DNA of 64,000 nt from the human T2T-CHM13v2.0 reference genome, Homo sapiens, in assembly GCA_009914755.4 (NCBI GenBank), contig CP086569.2, forward strand, positions 18,816,001 through 18,880,000. Direction: 5' to 3'. The notes beneath the pieces were generated by a model. The model had not been told where the DNA came from. It did not search any database and saw nothing but the letters and a program-made list of their open reading frames with translations. Both the position numbers and the translations under genes were made by a program. This document shows, in pieces, positions 59,121-64,000 of this stretch. The first letter of the stretch is position 1; every line of letters begins with the position of its first letter.

Positions 59121-62100
59121 TTATTTTTTACCAAGTAGAGCTGAGAGTACGTTTTTTAAAATTGGGTTTCTGTGGCACAACACATGTATGCTTTTTGGCA
59201 GCAATCATAGATTAATGAACAAACAATAACAACAAAATAATGCTCAACAACACCTGCCGTTCGGGGAAGGCAAATTAAAATAAGAGTGTGAGCACTAAAC
59301 AGCTATACTATGTCTAAATTTCTTTTTAAATATACTCAAAACTGCAACAGAAAATCTCATTCATTGCTGAAGGAATGCATAATTGTACAGCAACTTTAAA
59401 ATATGGTTGTTTTCTTCTGAAAGAGTTTGACAGTTTTTTCCAAAGGCGGACATGGTCTCAACATATAGGCTAACAATTGTTAACACTTAGGTATCTAAAC
59501 AACTGATTTGGAAACTCACATCTAACCAAAAACCACAAGCATTTATGTATAACTGCTCTCTTGACAATGGCCACATACTTGAAGGAATCAGGATGCCCTT
59601 CAATATTAACCAAGCCAGGTAAATTCATAAAATGAAATACTATTCATCAAAACAAAAGGAGTGATTTATGAAGTCATGCAAAGCCATGGATGAATCGGGC
59701 ATTCACAAAGCAAAGTGATAAGAGCCAGTCTGAAGAGGTGACATATTGTATGATTTCATTTCTATTACGTTACAGAGAAGAAATATTTATAGAGACAGTA
59801 AACTGGCCTGTAACTTACAGTTGTTTTTAGCGGGCAGGTAGTGAGTTGAAAAGGAGAATGCAATTATGGAAAGGAGCACAAATGGGCCAGATGAGAAGAG
59901 ACTCATTCTGCTTGATGAGATCATGCTGGGCATGTGGAAGAGTCAAGAGTGCGTATAATGGCATGAATAAATAAATAGGCTTCTACTCATGATAGGAGAG
60001 GAGCGTCTTCTTTCATCACTCATGGAACTATTTTAGGACAATTTCTGAGGAAGCTTTTGTTGTAAGTGGAAAATCATACATAAACAAATGTACCATTTCA
60101 AACACTTTGAGTGTATAATTTGGAAGCATTAACTATGCTCAAATTGTGCAAACATCACCACCATTTCACAATCTCACCAGCAATGTACAAGGCTTCCAAT
60201 TTCTCCACATACTCTCAAAGTTTTCTTTTAAAAAAAAAAGAAAAAGAAAGAAAGAAAAATTCCAATGGGGATAAAGTGGTAATCTCATTGTGGTTTAGAT
60301 ATTCCTGCATTAAGTGGCTAGTGATTTCGAACATCTTTTCATGTGCTTATTGGCTGTGGATTTGTAAATGATTTCTTGGCTATATCACTGACTGAACACA
60401 AAACATAAGAAAAAATAGATCACTTGAACTTCATCAAAACTAAACACTTTTGTGCGTCAAAAGACACTGTCAGTATAGTGGAAAGAAAACCACCAGCATG
60501 GGACACAATATTTGCAAGTCATATATATGGTATATATTCATATCACCCACTTGGATCTCTTCCTAACGCACTCTTCTCTTTTTCTTACTCTAAAATATTT
60601 TAAATAAACATCCCCTTTTGCTGTGAAACCTTTCTCAGTCTCCTTTGCTACTTTACTCCCCTCAGTCAAATTCTTTCTCCTGAGGAGGCAAGAGTTGAGG
60701 TTACTGCAGACCATGATAGATTTGACGCCAGTAACTCAGATAACTTCCACTGGTAACAGGTCGAGGGGCTGCTGGACAGGGTGGCGGGAGTTCATGTCTA
60801 GTGTGTGGCTGGCCTGGCCCCAGGCAGTTCTGGACTGTGGAGGGATCAGAACCCCATGCTGCAAGCACTCTGTGGAAAGAGCGCTCACGTTGCTGAGAGA
60901 ATGCTGAGGAAGAAATTTTGTCTTTTTAGTGAGGTTAAATTCCTTCATGTAATATAAAATTAACTGTTTCTTAATGAATTCCTTAGTGATCTTTAGTACG
61001 TGCATATTTGTGTGCAACTACCACATCTTAGTTCCAAAGTATTTTCATTATTCCAAAAGGAAATACCCTACTTATTAAGAAGCTCCTACCCAATCTGTCC
61101 TCTTTCTGACACCAGCACCAATAATCTGCATTTTTTCTCTATGGATTTACCTACTCTAAATATTTATACAAATAAAATCATACACTATGTGACTTTTGGC
61201 TCAGCTTCTTGAGCCAAAATTTAAGTTTCTTCACATTGTAGCATTAGAGTTGTAATCCTTTTCACAGCTGAATAGTATGCCGTTGTATGGACATACTACA
61301 TTTTGTTTCTTATTTTTTGTTGGTGGACATTTATTTGGTGTGTTTCCAGATTTTAGTTATTGTGAATGCTGCTATGAACATACGCATACATATTTTTGTT
61401 TGAATACCTCTTTTACATTTTTTTTTGTGTATATAGCTTGGAGTGCATTTTGGGGGTTCTATGGTAATTTTATGTTTAGCTTTTGCAGAACCACCAAACT
61501 ATTTTCCACAGTAGCTGCAGCATTTTTCTTTCACATTTTCCCACTTCCATTTCCAATTGTGGAGGTGCACATTTTTGTATCTTTTATATTGTTTATATAT
61601 TTATCTTTTCCTTAATCTTTACTTATTCACACTGCTGTTTCATGTCTGTTCATTTTATCCTGAAATACTCCATAAAGCATTTCTTAAAGGGTAGTCTACT
61701 GGTAAAAGACTGCAGCTTTTACATGGGAATTTTATAATATCTCTCTCACTTTTGATGGGCAGTTAGTGTAGGCATAAGATTTCTGTTAAAAGTTTTTTTC
61801 TTACAGCATTTGGCATATCTTAGTCTACTGCTTTCTGACCTCTGAATTTTCCGAAAAGAAATCCACTGATTACTCATGGGGGTTCTTTTTACATGACCAG
61901 TCACTTCTCTTGCAACTTTCAAGTTTCAAGTTGTTTTTGTTTTAGAAAGGTTAATTATCAAGTAAGTTTGAATGTGTTTGAGTTTATGCTGCTTGGAGTT
62001 TGTTGAACTTCTTTGGTGTTTATTTATTTCCTCAAATTTATGACCTTTCTGACCACTACTGTTTTAGTCTCCTTTAGGAGGACTGCTTGATGGTGTCCCA

Positions 62101-63056
62101 CTGGTTTCTAGGTTGTTTTCACAGTTTTTATTTATTTATTTATTTATTTGTTCCCTTCTTGACTTAACAATTTCAACTGCCCTTTTCTTAGATCTGCTGA
62201 TAGTTTGTTCTTCTATCTTCTCAAGTGTCCTTTTAAATCTCCGTAGAGTTTTTTTGTTTGTTTGTTTTTGATTGAGTTTTCCTCTGTCACCAGGGTGGAG
62301 TTCAGTGAGGCCACCTTGGCTGACTGCAACCTCTACCTCCTGATTTCAAACAATTATCCTGCCTCAGCCTCTCAAGTAGCTGGGACTACAGGCTCATGCC
62401 ACCACACCCTGCTAATTTTTGTGTTTTTTAGTAAAGACAAGGTTTCACCATATTGGCCAGGAAAATCTTCATCATTTGACCTCATGGTCTAACCGACTTG
62501 GCCTCCCAAACTGCTAAGACTGCAGGCGTGAGCCACTGTGCCAGGCTGTAGTAAATTTTAGTGACAGTTGTTTAACTTTTCAGCTCCAGATATATAAGTA
62601 TATATATATAATATATATACACACACACATATATATACACATATATACACATATATTTATATTATATATTAAATAAAAATATATTATATATAATATAGAA
62701 ATATATTTTTATGTATTCTATATATATATAGACTAAAGTCTAACATAATCTAAAGTCTAAGATATATGTATAGATAGATAGATAGGTAGGTAGTTAGATA
62801 GATTAGAGAGAGAGAGAGAGAGAGAGAGAGAACCACTGAACCTGGCCTAGAATTTCCTTCTTAGTTTTACTGTGAGTTTACTTTATTGTAAGTTTACTGT
62901 CTATTAATAATTTTTTTCTGTTCATGGCTTTCTGTGCTTTTCTTCATTGCATTAGCTTTCTAAAAAAAATCATGAATTTAAAAAATTATTTTTTAGTTAG
63001 CCTGCCATTTGGGCCACCTGGGAAAAGCTTCTGTTAGTGATTTTTTTTCTTTCTAG

Positions 63057-63448
<392 letters not shown>

Positions 63449-64000
63449 AACCACACTTTCTTATTTCACCTTATGCTATGTGATTCTGTTGGTGTCGAAA
63501 ACAGGCATATAAATTTTCAAGTGTTGTACCTTTGAAAATCAGATTTTCTCCCTCTGTAGCTTGCTAGGGATTTGTTTATTCATCATCTAGGCTATTTCTG
63601 TCATGACAATCAGTCTTACTGATTTTGTTGGGGGCTTTTCTTGAGGCTACATCATTGTGGAGCACAGATGTGTAGCAACACATTTTATTCTAAATTTTCA
63701 CTTACATATGTTTTCTTTGAATGTTTTGTCTATCATTCTCTGGCCTCTAAAGAGAGAGAAAAAGAAAAGAAAAATTAGGAAAGAAAGGCTCTGCCTTTGT
63801 AAATCGTCTGAAAGTTACTTGAGTAGGAGGAGAAAAAGCCTGTAAAAGGTTTGGAAAATGAAAAATGACTGTTCACCACTCGCAGGACCTCCGTAATAAG
63901 AAACAGCAATCGGTTAGCCAGTCCTCCTGAGATTTGGAGGATAAGGTCTTTTTTGCCTATCGTGGCTATTGCCAGCTGCTCCAGAAGTATTTGCAAGGCT

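Overview
This window is primate (hominoid-type) nuclear genomic DNA, not a prokaryotic or compact viral genome. It is AT-rich and CpG-poor, and most of it is interspersed repeats. I see no bacterial-style gene content and no convincing host protein-coding exons. The repeats include 16 or more Alu copies (one close to the AluY consensus), several L1 copies and fragments, a MaLR element, an ERVL and an ERVK, and many microsatellites.

The dominant structure is a very large, nearly perfect inverted repeat (palindrome). The left arm is 23,057-41,802 and the right arm is 45,260-64,000. The right arm runs off the window edge, so the 18.7 kb arm length is a minimum. The unique spacer is 41,803-45,259 (3,457 bp). 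Every ORF in one arm has an exact mirror in the other, with coordinates summing to 87,062. I found only one 5-bp microsatellite length difference and one single-base difference between the arms. Even long hypermutable microsatellites are identical.

Each arm carries, going inward:
- a young AluY and two other Alus
- old L1 3' fragments
- a 5'-truncated HERV-K-like provirus (pol RT/RNase H, env and an LTR, all decayed)
- a complex TG/TA microsatellite
- a full-length but coding-dead L1PA-type element (about 6.03 kb)
- an older inverted L1 fragment
- an Alu that straddles the arm/spacer boundary

The spacer contains an intronless pseudogene of the CDY/CDYL chromodomain family. It has an N-terminal chromodomain and a C-terminal enoyl-CoA-hydratase-like region. 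It is interrupted by an Alu, frameshifts and stop codons. A second Alu with clear target-site duplications lies in its 3' flank.

The overall layout (near-identical long arms, short spacer, CDY-family sequence) strongly resembles the ampliconic palindromes of primate sex chromosomes. Those are maintained by arm-to-arm gene conversion. That assignment is inference, and a database search would settle it.

The unique left flank (1-23,056) holds a MaLR internal region plus LTR, several Alus, an ERVL internal region (protease-like, RT, integrase and a decayed dUTPase) and many microsatellites, including a perfect (GATA)14.
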